Shown here: positions 44,890 to 57,062 of the stretch, in pieces
How the letters are laid out: every line of letters begins with the position of its first letter
How positions within the stretch are numbered: the first letter of the stretch is position 1
DNA from: Psilocybe cubensis
Taxonomy: Eukaryota
Direction of reading: 5' to 3'
DNA length: 64,000 nucleotides
Assembly: GCA_017499595.2 (NCBI GenBank)
Contig: CM039006.1
Coordinates: 1,488,001-1,552,000, forward strand
Position numbers and translations under genes: made by a program
The notes under the pieces: model-generated
Databases searched by the model: none
What the model saw: the letters and a program-made list of their open reading frames with translations, nothing else
What the model was told of the DNA's origin: nothing

Positions 44890-47487
44890 ATGTTCACAAC
44901 GCCCCAAAAGGCCCAGTCCAAATTCGGCAACTGGTCCCCGGGCATCTTCAAACTCAACGTCAACCTCAACCTATTCAGCCCTACACCACCCGGTAGCGTC
45001 GCCGCCTTGAACACCCCCAGCGGCCCTACGCCGCACCCCCCTCCTCCTCCAGATACCCCCTTCACTCCGTCGCCACCACGTCGTCGTCACGGAAGATCTT
45101 CTCAGCCTTCTACTCCTACCGCAGCGGCTGCTGGGGCGCGCTCGGAGCCGCGTGCGCGGAGACATGCGAGCAAGTTCGCGACGCCTACGCGCGTGCAACA
45201 CTCTGCGTCGTTCAATCGACGCGTCAAACACGCGCAGCTGCCTCCCAGGAAGGATGCCGCACCACACCCACCATCCTCCTCATCTTCATCAGCACCAGAC
45301 CCAGCTGCCGCAGACTCCCAACCCGGTTTCACAGAGCTCAAACAACAAGTCGTCGCCACATCCCGCGAGTCCAAAGTCGCGCCCAACCCCGAAACGCAGA
45401 TCTTCCTCGCGCAGCTCGAGAAGCTCGATTTCATGCGTGAGGTCGTGGAGGCGCGGATTAATACTTACACCGACGATGTCGATGAGGATGGGGATGCCGC
45501 CAAGGAACACAGAGCAAATCAGAAGGCGGAGAAAGCGCGTAGGGTTGTTGCTGAGCAGCGGCGCGTGGAGGAGCAGAGGCGCGTGCGCGCACGCGCGCGC
45601 GAGCGGGAGAGGGAGAGAGAGAGGGATATGAAGAGGCAGAGAGAGAAAGAGCTGGAGACGCAGGCGGAGGCGGAGGTGCGAGCGCTGGAGAACGCGATGC
45701 ACGCGAAGAGGCAGCGGCAGCGCGCTGAGATGTTAGAGCGCGAGCGGCTCCGCGAAGAGAGGGAGGCTGCTGAGAAGGAGGAGGCGCGGCTTGATACCAT
45801 GCGCAGGAAGCAGGCGGCGCAAATGGCAAAGCAGGCGGCGCAGGTTGCTGCTATGAAGGAGAGGGAGCGGCGCGTGGAGGAGGAACACGCTGAGAGAGTT
45901 GAGAGACGGCGGAGAGAGGATGAGGAGGCGCGGATTGCTGCGCAGATGGGGGATGCGGCTAGACGGGAGCGTGAGCGACGCGAGCGAGAGGCCCGAGTTC
46001 AGGAGCTTGAGCAGCGCCGACGCGAGCAAGATGCCCGACTTCAGGAGGAGAATGCGAAGCTTGAGCAGCGCCGACGTGACGAAGAGGCGCACCGTCTTGC
46101 TGAAGCTGAAGCTGCTAGACTTAAGCTCGAGGAGCAGCGTCGCCAGGAAGCAGAAGCTGCCCGGCGTGAGCAGCAGCGTCTCGAGGAAGAGTCCCTTCGC
46201 TTCGCAGCAGAACAAGAGCGCATCAAGCGAGAAACAGAAGCTAGAGCTAGATGGGATCAAGAACTCGAGGCAGAGAGGCGACGTCGAGAAGAAGAAGCGC
46301 ATGCTGCTGAAATACTCCGCAAGGCAGAGGAGGCAGCACGATGGCGCCAACAAGAGCTCGCTGAGAAACGTGCGCGCGAGGCAGAGAGGATGGCGCGCGA
46401 GGCGCGGGAGCTGGCACGTACGGCGCTCGAGCACGCGCGGGTTACGCTGGGGCATGCACGGGCAGAGGCGGAGCGGGCACGGCGGGATGTTGAGAGCGCG
46501 CGTGCGCAGGCGGAGGAGGCGCGTCGGGAGGCCGAGCGCGCGTTTGCGCGCGCGCAGGCTGAGGCGATTCACCTCCGTTTCCAGACGGAACAGGACGCGC
46601 TGCAGTGGGCGGAGCGCTTGAGAGCGCAGTTTATTGTGGAGGACCAGGAGCGCCAGGCTGCGAATGCGCAGAGAGAGCGCGATTTGGCTGCGAAGGAGGA
46701 GCGTATCCGCGACGCTGAGGAGGCGTTCAGGCGCAAGGAGGCGGAGTTTGCGGCGAATCAGTATGCTCAGTGGAATAATCAGCAACAGTCTACTCCTCCT
46801 CCGCAATATGGACATGAACAATATCAACATTCTCCTCCTCAGCAGCATAAAAACTTTAATTACCACCAGCAGCAACAAGAACGACAACAGCAGCAGCAAT
46901 ACCAATACTATCAACAACAGTATCAACAGCAACATTTCCAGCAGCACCAACAAACCTACGAGCATCACGATACCGACGTGCCAATGCGCGACGCGTCCTT
47001 CATCGTCGATATGGACGCGTCAATGCAAGACCTCCCCCCGCGCCCACCAACTCCTCCTCCTTCCCCCCCTCCTCCTCCCCCTCCTCCGCCAGCAGAACCC
47101 ACACCAGAACCAGGACCAGAACCCATACCACTCACAGCAGCCAACTTCTACGACCAATACGAAAAATCCTGGAAATCCCTGCTCAAACACACACCCAACC
47201 ACACCCTCCAACTCACACACATCAAATGGCCCGTCCTGCACCGCGTCACATCGCCCCTCGACATCACCGACGAAGCAGTAAGGCACTTCTACACCAACCC
47301 CACGCGTCCAGTGAATCTGCAGGTTCCGATAAGGAGTCTGTGTAGGAAGGAATTGTTGCGCTGGCATACGGATAAGTTTGCGGCGAAGTTTGTGGATAAG
47401 GTTGTGCCGCATGAGTGGCCTACGGTTCTTGAATGTGTGCTGGTTGTGAATCGGTTTTTGGTGCAGTATAATCAGGAGCGAGGCTAG
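44890..47487 (+). CDS. Intronless coiled-coil (E/R/A-rich) protein with Gln- and Pro-rich linkers and a C-terminal NFKBIL1-like WP...LRWHxDKF domain
   Basis: Open frame from ATG 44890 (865 aa) ending YEKSWKSLL..IKWPV..ITDEAVRHF..RKELLRWHTDKF. Confidence 0.75.
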   Translation: MFTTPQKAQSKFGNWSPGIFKLNVNLNLFSPTPPGSVAALNTPSGPTPHPPPPPDTPFTPSPPRRRHGRSSQPSTPTAAAAGARSEPRARRHASKFATPTRVQHSASFNRRVKHAQLPPRKDAAPHPPSSSSSSAPDPAAADSQPGFTELKQQVVATSRESKVAPNPETQIFLAQLEKLDFMREVVEARINTYTDDVDEDGDAAKEHRANQKAEKARRVVAEQRRVEEQRRVRARARERERERERDMKRQREKELETQAEAEVRALENAMHAKRQRQRAEMLERERLREEREAAEKEEARLDTMRRKQAAQMAKQAAQVAAMKERERRVEEEHAERVERRRREDEEARIAAQMGDAARRERERREREARVQELEQRRREQDARLQEENAKLEQRRRDEEAHRLAEAEAARLKLEEQRRQEAEAARREQQRLEEESLRFAAEQERIKRETEARARWDQELEAERRRREEEAHAAEILRKAEEAARWRQQELAEKRAREAERMAREARELARTALEHARVTLGHARAEAERARRDVESARAQAEEARREAERAFARAQAEAIHLRFQTEQDALQWAERLRAQFIVEDQERQAANAQRERDLAAKEERIRDAEEAFRRKEAEFAANQYAQWNNQQQSTPPPQYGHEQYQHSPPQQHKNFNYHQQQQERQQQQQYQYYQQQYQQQHFQQHQQTYEHHDTDVPMRDASFIVDMDASMQDLPPRPPTPPPSPPPPPPPPPAEPTPEPGPEPIPLTAANFYDQYEKSWKSLLKHTPNHTLQLTHIKWPVLHRVTSPLDITDEAVRHFYTNPTRPVNLQVPIRSLCRKELLRWHTDKFAAKFVDKVVPHEWPTVLECVLVVNRFLVQYNQERG

Positions 47488-47610
47488 GATGGGGTGGATC
47501 ACATTGTATACTTTTTTCTTTGGTATGTTTATCATGTAAATTATGATATGATGTACGTACGATCCTTCACGCTCTTTTTTTCCCTTTCCCTCCTTTTGCC
47601 TTTTTCATCC

Positions 47611-47632
47611 ACACACACACACACACACACAC
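47611..47632 (+). repeat. (CA)n microsatellite
   Basis: Perfect CA run downstream of the coiled-coil gene. Confidence 0.85.
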
Positions 47633-48016
47633 TGTATATTATCGCATCTGTATCACGATATACATTGGCATAGCACGCTCATTACATGTTCCATCTTCCA
47701 TCTTCCATACATATTCCATACATATCACATTTACATCGTAGTCAATTGTATATTCCTACCACCCACACACACTCTCCTTTTTCTTCTCTGTACCCTTTGT
47801 AACTTTTGACTCTGGACTCTGGACAATCGTTTAGCTCTAGATGAACTACCACAAAACGAATACATTTATTTTTCACTTCATGCACACGAACACGACGACA
47901 AGAAACATCATCAAAAAATCTCAGAATCCCATAACCACCAACCTGACACTAACACTAACACTACTACCAACCACCACCTACCGCCCCCATTCATTTCCAT
48001 TGTCAGATTGTCAGTA

Positions 48017-50611
48017 TTAACCACGCCTCCGAGTCCCCCGCCCATCCAGCGCATCCCTAACCCCCTTCCTCCAAACCCCCAACTCCCGCTCAACATCAAC
48101 AGCCATCGTCCTAACAGCCCTCCCAACCTCCCCGCCCTCATTCTTGCCGTTGCCAAAGCCGACTAGAAGCTCAGCCCGCGCGCGCACGAGCGTTTCGTAG
48201 GCGAGCTTTAGGCGGGGTGGGCCGGAGGGTGGGTAGGATGTGGGTTGCATCGTCAACGGTGTGGGAGAAGGTGAGGGTGAAGGTGGAGATGGAGAGATTG
48301 CTGGAGCGCCAGGTGACGAGACACCTTGCGAACCCGGCTCAACGCCCGCAGGACACGGCTCATCCACCGCCAAAAGCTTTCCAAGCTCAGCCAGCGCGAC
48401 CCCGCGTACGGGGTGTCCCTCTACCAAAATCAGCGAAAGCCCAGAGCTCGCGCGCGTCGCTGCGCGAATTGCGTCGTCCAGCGCTTCCTGTTGTTCTTCA
48501 GGAGTGCGTTTGTTCATCGGAACGGCGGGTAAGGAGGAGGAGGAGGAGAAGGAAGAGGATTGTAGTTCGGGTGAAAGGACTTCCTCAACATCGCTGGTGG
48601 CGGGTGAAAGATGCGAAATGAGCAATGACGCGCATAGTCGGGATAGAGCGAGGAGCGGGTACGCCGCCGGTACGAGTCCGACGGATACTAAAATAGGAAC
48701 CAATTTCGTTGTCAGCTGAATGGATTTCGTTGGATCTGTAAAAAAAAAGAAAGAAGAAAAGCATGAGCGATCATTGAAGATCGTGGTGATATTGAAAGAA
48801 AGACGCACTGGTAAACTGGAGTGCTTCAGCTTTATGCAACGCCTCCTGGCCAACGCGTACAGCGTCAAGAACGGCGTCCGTGTCCTTGACAGGCGTTTTA
48901 CATCTATTACACCTCGTCAAACTGTTTTCTGAAAAAAAAAAAAAAAGAAAAAAAGAAAAGGAAAGAAAAATCAACGCGGACTTCAAGGGGGGCGGTAATG
49001 AACACGCACCTTCTGTTGGTAACGGACACATCCCACCGCATTTCTTGGGGCACCACATCGCTTCTCGCATGTCCAGAGTACTATTCGCGGGTGGTGGAGC
49101 GCACAGAGGGCATCTGCACGTGAAGTGATATGTCTCATTTAGAATTTTCTGTCGATGCTCCCGTGGAAGGGTGGTGTCAATATACGCTGTCAACACCTAA
49201 ACCAAAAGAGTTCAGAAACTTGGAAAATAAAGAGGTGTCAGGGGAGTGGGTGGGTGTATGTTACCTCCTCGTCAGGTGCAATGTGTTTCAAGGCGATAAC
49301 TTGCATCAGGGGTTCGTCCTCTCTCCTTGAGTTTGCCCGAGGAAATACAACCACTGCGTTAGGATCGCAAGAGTGGTTTATCAGTGCTACCAATGGCGAG
49401 ACACATGCGCCCAAAGGCGCCAGTGCCGGGGTAGACACCGTGAAAGTATTAGTGGTGAACTAGATGGAATGCAAGTAGACGTCAGCATCGTTACAGTTAC
49501 GAATACGAATACGATTACGAATACGAGAACAAAGAAACGTACCCTGGAAATGAGATCCACTAGCTCCCCGGCATTGTTGAGGTTGTATTCCGCTAGCTCT
49601 TCCTGTGACTCGAGACCGAGGAAACGCACGATCGCATGAGCGAGTTGAGTGTACGTTTGCGAGTCTTGTGAGTTGGGATCTTTGCTTATAGATTTCCTGT
49701 CTGACCATGGGAGGTAAGTTGTCAAGGAAGGGAAATGACTTGAGCAATTGACTCACGAGATTGCATGGAATCAATTTCTCTCGACTACAAACAATATGTA
49801 TGAGTACCGCTCCTTTGTGCAACACGGAAAAACGAACCCAGATACTGTCGCTTCCCAACTTTCTTCTTCTCCAGAGTATCCTCCCTAGGCACCTAATCGC
49901 GTCGCCGGGTATAGGTGCTTGTCCAGACTTTTCCGATGACATGGTAGCCGACCATCTTTGAATCGCGGCACATTCATATCTATGAAAGGACCAATCGCTG
50001 CTTTGACATTTCTACCCATCACTGTCAGCGCTACTTGTTCTTACATGAAAAAAAGAAAGTCAACCCACCGAGTCACAGTAATGTAAGAGCTTACACCCAG
50101 TGCACCTCTGCAGGTTGGTCGTCTTCGGCGCACAGCAATTTGAGCAATAGTCTTCGAGATGCTCGTTCGACAGAGCGGCAACATGGGGTTTGATCGATAG
50201 CAAGACATCACCTACACTTCGTATAGACTTCATATGAGTGAATTGAGAAGGAATTACGAGGGGCTCACCTGGTCTGCGATAATATTTACTGTACAAGCCT
50301 CTCCCATTCCCCGTTGCTCCTGTGCTCATTCGCACCTCCAGAGTTGGGGGTAGCGACTTGTATAGGCCGTCGCAGTCCAAAGGCGTGATCGTGATTGCGC
50401 TCGTACTCGCTGCATCGTGACTTTTCGCTTGTTGCTTTTCTTCCGAATCAACTTGCATTGCAACTTCGGGCGAATTCGAAGTGGCTCCATCATCGTGTGC
50501 CTGGGACTGGGATGCTGCGCCTTCTGCGGGTACGGATGTCGAGCTTGCAGTGACGAATGATTTCGTTTCCTTTGCTCTTCGTTTATTCTTGAGAGTGGAG
50601 AAGTCGGACAT
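48017..50611 (-). CDS. SET and MYND domain lysine methyltransferase (SMYD-like), full-length copy
   Basis: GRGLYS, MYND finger CSNC..RCTGCKLLHYCD, SET motif LINHSCDPN, LTAYID and post-SET FTCRCPLC. Confidence 0.9.
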
Positions 50612-51201
50612 TTGATTGTCGCAGATTGGAATGGGAAGACAGACGCGCCTGAGGGAATGTCGCGCATCGGCGGACTTCTGCGGAGTTTGAATGCGTGAAC
50701 GAGCGGCGCGGAAACCGACGCTCTGCTTTGCATAACTCTATGCTTTGCTCCATGCAAGTGTATCTCTTATGCCTTTAATCTGCTTGTGTGTTTTGTCGCT
50801 TTGCATTGCTCCGAATCTCCCTAATATCTGAGCAAGATCCCCCAACCTGTCCTCACTGACCCCGTGGTTGTTGGCTCGATCTATCATGGCCCAACTTTTC
50901 TTGGTTCATTTCAACAGCCCTTGACCTGGTATTTCCTGGAAATTCATAAATGAGAACTTTCTCACTGTTTATCTAAATAGGATCTCGTGGAGGGAAACCG
51001 GCCCAGATTCAGGCGCAAATATATAATGGTGGTGTCAACCTGGAGCCTCGCTGAACCATGGGATCCGGGGGGCGTGGTTGGCTCAGTACTATATCTATCC
51101 TGGAGTTTAAATACGACATATCATTCTTCCAACGCTCTTGCCGGGCCTGCCAGTGCTCCTCTCTCGTAGCCACCAACTCTCTTCTCTTCTTGTGTCTCAA
51201 C

Positions 51202-54006
51202 ATGCAAGACGAAAATTTGAACGACAGCCCGAGCAGAGCTTCTGCTTCTGGATCAGATGAGAAGTATTCGGAGTTCACTGATCAGATTGACATATACACT
51301 CTCCATGAGCTGCATGCCGGTCGATTGATTCTTGATCCCCTGTGCGTACTATTCACAGATATGCATTCTTTTCAAGTCTTAACCTTACCCTGTTCCTAGA
51401 GAAGCAAAGAAGGAACTCGGTGATTCAGTTGCTGCGAAGTTGAAATTGACAAAAGATGGAAGATATGTGTTATGGCCTCAACCAACGGATGACCCAGAGG
51501 ATCCTCAGAACGTCAGTCGAATAGTCTGTTAAATCTTTCACTCCATCTCACTTCCAAGATAAGTGGAGCGATAGGAAAAAGAACTTCCAGCTCTTCATTG
51601 TCATCTTGGCGTCTATTATCCCGGACTTTGACAACGGAATTGGTGTGTATTCTTCTTCAAGATAGCTTAGCAGTATGTTATTAAGGGATATCAAATCGAC
51701 AGGTATCATTTCGACCTTTCCACTTTCAAAGCAATTCCACACGACACCAGGCGTAATCAACAACATAAGCTCAAAGTGGGTCACGCAAATTCATTTTCTT
51801 AGATTGATTCTTACACCACCATCCATAAAAAGTTGGAGTGTATTTCTCGTAGGTAAACTTAATTCGTGCTCGTTCCAGTCATCTTTGGTTCTAAGCCACC
51901 GCACTTAGGATGGGGTGGTATCTTCTTCGTGATGTTGATGCGAAGGTATGGGCGACTTGCGACACTGTTCTGGACACAGGTGTGAATTATCCTCAGTGGT
52001 TCATTTTTATTTCGAGTCTGACGACAGATAACGAAAGCTTATTGCCCTCGGTCTCCTTGCGGGAGCAACCTTCGCCCCAACCTTGCAAGTTTTCGCAGGT
52101 CTGTCGAACCTTATTCACTCATAATTCATTCATCACCCCGGGTGTTGACTTTATTTCTATTACTTTCATTATTACAGCCATGCGTTCTCTCACCGCTTTC
52201 TTCGGGTAAACACTCCATCCCCTCTAATTCCTAATTCGTTAACCTGAATCTATGGTCAAAATTAGAACCTGTCCTCAGGTCACGGTGCGTAGTCTTTTTT
52301 CCAAAATACATTCCCATGATGTTAATTTTATCACTTGACACAGGGGCTATACACCATAACGGACTTGTTCCCTTTCCATCTACAAGCTCGGAAGGTTTGT
52401 AAATAGATATCTGATTCTACCAGTGTCGATTCTCATAGCAACTTTAGATAAATTATTGGACAATGGCAGTTGTTTTGTCTCCTCATTTATCACCATTCCT
52501 TTTTGGCTTTCTCGACGCACGAACAACATGGAGGTGGGCATACGGAGTCGGGTGCCTATACGGCTTAGCAGTTCTGATACTGATTGCCCTCTTCCTTGAT
52601 GAATCGTGAGCCATCCTTCTTGAGTTCTGTTCATTGATATCATATTGAGAGTCCTCACCAAACTACAGCTTATATCATCGGAAAGCTTACTCCGCTGACC
52701 ATCCACCTGTTCACCGTCGAAAAGGATCAATAGTTCAAAGAGTGAAAGACGTCGTCGGTATAACGGGTGTACGGCAGGCCAGGTCAGATCCTCCGTGGTC
52801 AGACATCTGCACCGCCATTCTCAAGATTGCTTGGAGACCACATCTATTTCTGATTCTTTTCTTTGAGGTACGATCTATACGTTTCAGTGTGAAGATACTC
52901 GTGATTGACGTTTACTTCTGTAGGCGTTCGTCTTTGGATTCAGCATCGGTATCAATGTGATTGTTTGATACATTAGAGCCCAAATCGAATGATTCGTGCT
53001 AAACGTCAGTTAACTAGGTCACTATTACCGTATTCTTCCAGACTCCACCGCCTTTTGGATTTGGCTTCAGCCAAACTACCGTGTCTGCAATATATGCTAC
53101 ACCAGTGGTACGCCATTTCCTCATTATACGCAATGTTTACCACTGAAAAGCATTATATATAGGTTGCAGTCTTCATCGGTGAACTATTGGGAAGATACCT
53201 TAATGATTGGTTCATGAGGCGTGAAATCAAACGCAATAACGGGGTGTTTGAGGCAGAAACGCGACTATGGTATCTTCACCTTCTACTCTACTGGCAATTT
53301 CCCGCGGCTTACATTTTGAACTAGGACATGTTACATTGGAGTATTCTTTTATGTCGCCGGATTCGTCATCCTAGGAGCAGCGCTGCAAGATCACCTGAGC
53401 AAACCAGCGATCATCTTTGGTTGGGGTATCGCTCAGGCTGCTGCGCTCGTTACTACAGTCGCAGTCTGTAAGGAACCCGCTCACAGTGTTCTATATGTCC
53501 AATTGCTGATGCGCCATCCTCCACAGACGCATATTGTTCCGATTCATTCCCTCGTGAATATGTCAGTACAACCATCTTCTTTTTCTCCTGGAGAATGGCT
53601 GATCAAAGAGACAAATGCAACAGGGAGAAATTAGCGGCTTGCTGAATCTGGCCAGAACGCTTGGAGGTATGTCCGAAATCCTTAGATAGTTTCTCCTATT
53701 CCAACTCCAGATTTCAGGATTCAGTGTTGCATACTACGAGGTACCGTGGGCTAGCAAGCATGGCGCGCTACAGACATTTGGATGTGAAGCCGCGTACGTG
53801 TTTTGATGCGCCCTTTTTCCCATACGAAACGAATTAACTGACGCATACAATCATTCTAGGATTGTTGCAGGCTTATTCTTGCTCATTGTCCCTTTCCTCC
53901 AATGGAAAGGACAGTATTTGCGGGTACGTACATGTCACCTTCTAGATACAAAAAATCTAGAATAACGTTACCTGATATCCAGGGAAGGTTTTCACCCTCC
54001 TTCTGA
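51202..54006 (+). CDS. MFS transporter (DHA1-like), many introns
   Basis: VLWPQPTDDPEDPQN|WS..KK, RRYGRL, DLFPFHLQAR, WRWAYG and multiple TM exons. Confidence 0.88.
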
Positions 54007-54164
54007 GACTCTTTACTACTCCGACTCCCTGCTGGTACAACCCGGTCATATCAGATTTGCCTTTTCATTGTAGCTATATACAAAGTACTTATGACTCCAC
54101 ATCAGATTTAAATCCATTTTGGTACAGTTTGATGATTGAGATAGGTTGTGTTCTGAACCTGTGC

Positions 54165-56485
54165 TTAACACTGGCGGGAATATCCAGTTTGACCCTGCGC
54201 TTCCCCATCGCCTGAATCATTGAAATTAGACGAGTCCGGACGAGCCTCATCCAGATCAGGCTTGACTACAGCGCCAGATGCAGTTATGCCAGCAAAAACG
54301 TTGCCTTCTTCAGCTGGAAAAGACTATGAGTACACAATAGGCAGACCGAAGACGTTTTAAGAACATACTTGTAAGAGACTCAGTTACGGCAACGATATCG
54401 ACGATGAGACGCTCGATCAAATCTTCGCTCAATGTTTCACGAACTATACAGGCGGAAAAGAGAGTCGATGAGAAACGCATATTCAACAAATTAAGGCCAG
54501 TCCTAATTTACCCACCTACGATCCGTAGTATTTCGATGTTTTCTGCCCCAAGGGGTGCCTGGACTACCAGTGAGCTTTGTTGGCATATGTTTAGCTACCA
54601 AACCTTACGTTGTAGTTGGGGACTATCCACCCTTTAGTCCTCAATAACGTCTGGAAATTGTACGTTAAATGCTGTTTAAAAAAGGAAATGAAAATACCGT
54701 ACCTGGATCCACACTTGACGAACATTAGGATAGTTTTGTTTGAATTCGTCGGATAGCCGGAAAGCGACAACGGGGAGGCCTGCATGGTAGGTCTCGGGGT
54801 CATCTTTGTTATTAGAGCTAACGTGGGCACTGTCCGAATTTCGGGGAACGTGGATATTGCTGAAAACCTAAACGAGACAGGATGGGTCAATGGCTCTCAC
54901 ATGCGGTAAACCTGATTTCATTACTTTGAAATAAGTTGTGCTCTCGAGAGCACGGGATAGCATTCTGGCATTCCTCATGTCCTTGTATGCAATCTTTTTA
55001 TACCCTTCAAATCCCAGGTTGAGAAAGTTGAACATTTGGGCGATGACGGGCGCTGCTGGCTTTGAGAAATTTCTGTAATGTATGGATATGAACAAGTGAG
55101 TCATAGATGAAGATCGATTTCTTACAAAGTGAAAGAGTATTCCGTGCTCCCAAGGTAATCTGCACCATAATATCCCTTGGGTCAATATTATAGTTTGAAC
55201 ACTTTTCGGAACCTGACTTACGCAACTCAAACACTAAATCACGGTGCAGGAAGCTCTCATCCCGCCACAGAACCCAGCCAAGCCCGGCGTATACGAGACC
55301 AAATTTGTGTCCGGAGGTATTGATGGACACTACACGCGGAACGTCAAAACTCCACTTCAGATGAGGATAGGCGAAAGGCGCGATGAAAGCGCCCGACGCC
55401 CCATCCACATGTATCTTGACGTCTAATCCAGTGCGTTTCTCCAGGTCGTCCACTGAGAACGATTCCATGAGAGCAAGTTCTTCGTACATGTAAATTTACT
55501 CACACAAATCACTCATTAGCTTTACATCTTCGAAATGGCCGGTATAGGTGCTTCCTAAAATAACGATGACGCCAATGGTATTCTCGTCGATGTAGGGAAT
55601 GGCATCGTGTGGGTTCATGACGAATCCATTCTCTTCTTTGACAGGGACAAGTCTAGTTTCGACATCAAAGTACCTGTAACAGGATGTTTTAAATATGGCG
55701 AATACTAAGAATTGAAGTAATAATACCTCGCGAATTTTTCTAGCGCCACTTGAGCATTTGACCCAAACACAATGTTAGGATGGAAATAGTCCTTCCCAGC
55801 AGCCTTTCTTGCCTCCTGCCATCTTTTCTTCAACGCAAGCCCACCGAGCATGATAGCTTCCGAGGAGCCAGCGGTAGCAGTGCCAATGACCTTGCCTTCC
55901 TTTGGGGCTTTCCAAAGATCGGCCACTATAACGAGAATAACATGAGCATCATGACATCGATGTCAAACTGATAAGAAGCCAAACTCACGCATTGATATAC
56001 ATCTATTGTGGATAAGCGACGCTGCTGGATATTCATCCATATCAACGATATTTTTGTTGATGTTTTCCATGATAAGTTTATCAGCGTCCTCTGGCATCCA
56101 GGTGTGCACAAAACTGACAAGTTCAAAATGCGTCATCATTGTGTTGATGGATATTAGATACGATTCACTCACGATGCAAGGTTTAGAAGAGGATTTCCGT
56201 CCAAGGCCGTCTCATCATGAAGGAGTTGGTAAGCTGCTTTGGAGTTGATACCGTGCTTGGGTAGCGTGTATTTTGGGAGGTCAGCGGCATCTTCATCGCG
56301 CCTCCATGACCTGTGTAGTCCACGACGGGATTCTGCAGAAGAATGTTTCTTGTGGGGGTGCTCCTTGATTTGCTCAATCAACCTTTCAGCATCAACTGCA
56401 CAAGATCAAATGTCACATTAGCCAGGAATTAAAACCGAAGAGGAGGCATCGACAACGAAAACTCACTGTGGCGAGAAAGAGACAT
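54165..56485 (-). CDS. GAD1: Glutamate decarboxylase (PLP-dependent)
   Basis: [48 protein letters not shown] and PLP-lysine motif [18 protein letters not shown]. Confidence 0.95.
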
Positions 56486-57062
56486 GGCATACAGTTAGTT
56501 ACAAAAGGGCAATCAATCGATGACAGCTTTGTGAAGGGAATGTGTTCTTTTCAAAGCTTTATAGTATTTTCGCGTCAGATGAGTGACGTAGACGGCCCCT
56601 ATTTGCTCACTGTTTCCGAACCCCCAAGAACCTAGACCCCAGAACGTCAGGAATCCTTCCATGCAATTTGAAAAGCCAGTTCTGTCGAGATTTGGCTAAT
56701 TTTAACATGCTTGAGGTCATTCGGGGATGAGAAAATGCAAAGCAGGGGCAAGTGATAACAGCAGATGGTCAAAATCAGAAAGGAGCAATTGTAGCATGGT
56801 CCCAGACGGCGAGGAAAAAGAAGGAAACTTATATGCGAATGCATCAAACGATTTGTCAGAAGCCTCGTCCTTCTCCTGTTAACAGACTGCACGAAACTGT
56901 TTTGTAGAAGGAAAGATGCCGTGCTGATATTTATATTGTGATATGATATTCGTGGGACCGGTGTTCAAAGAGGGCCTCGACCTTTGATTGTTCGAACGGT
57001 AAGTAGATTAGGGTGCGCGCGGCAGCTTGCGTTAAAATGCTCACTCGGAATAACTGAGATTG

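Noticed and set aside
45733-46968. 411-aa Leu-rich antisense ORF and other overlapping ORFs
   Set aside because: Shadow of the GAG/CAG-rich sense strand of the coiled-coil gene.
32537-56485. Possible secondary-metabolite cluster (P450, MFS, decarboxylase, methyltransferase)
   Set aside because: No backbone synthase. The decarboxylase looks like housekeeping GAD, the methyltransferase is a protein-lysine SET enzyme, and the genes are dispersed.
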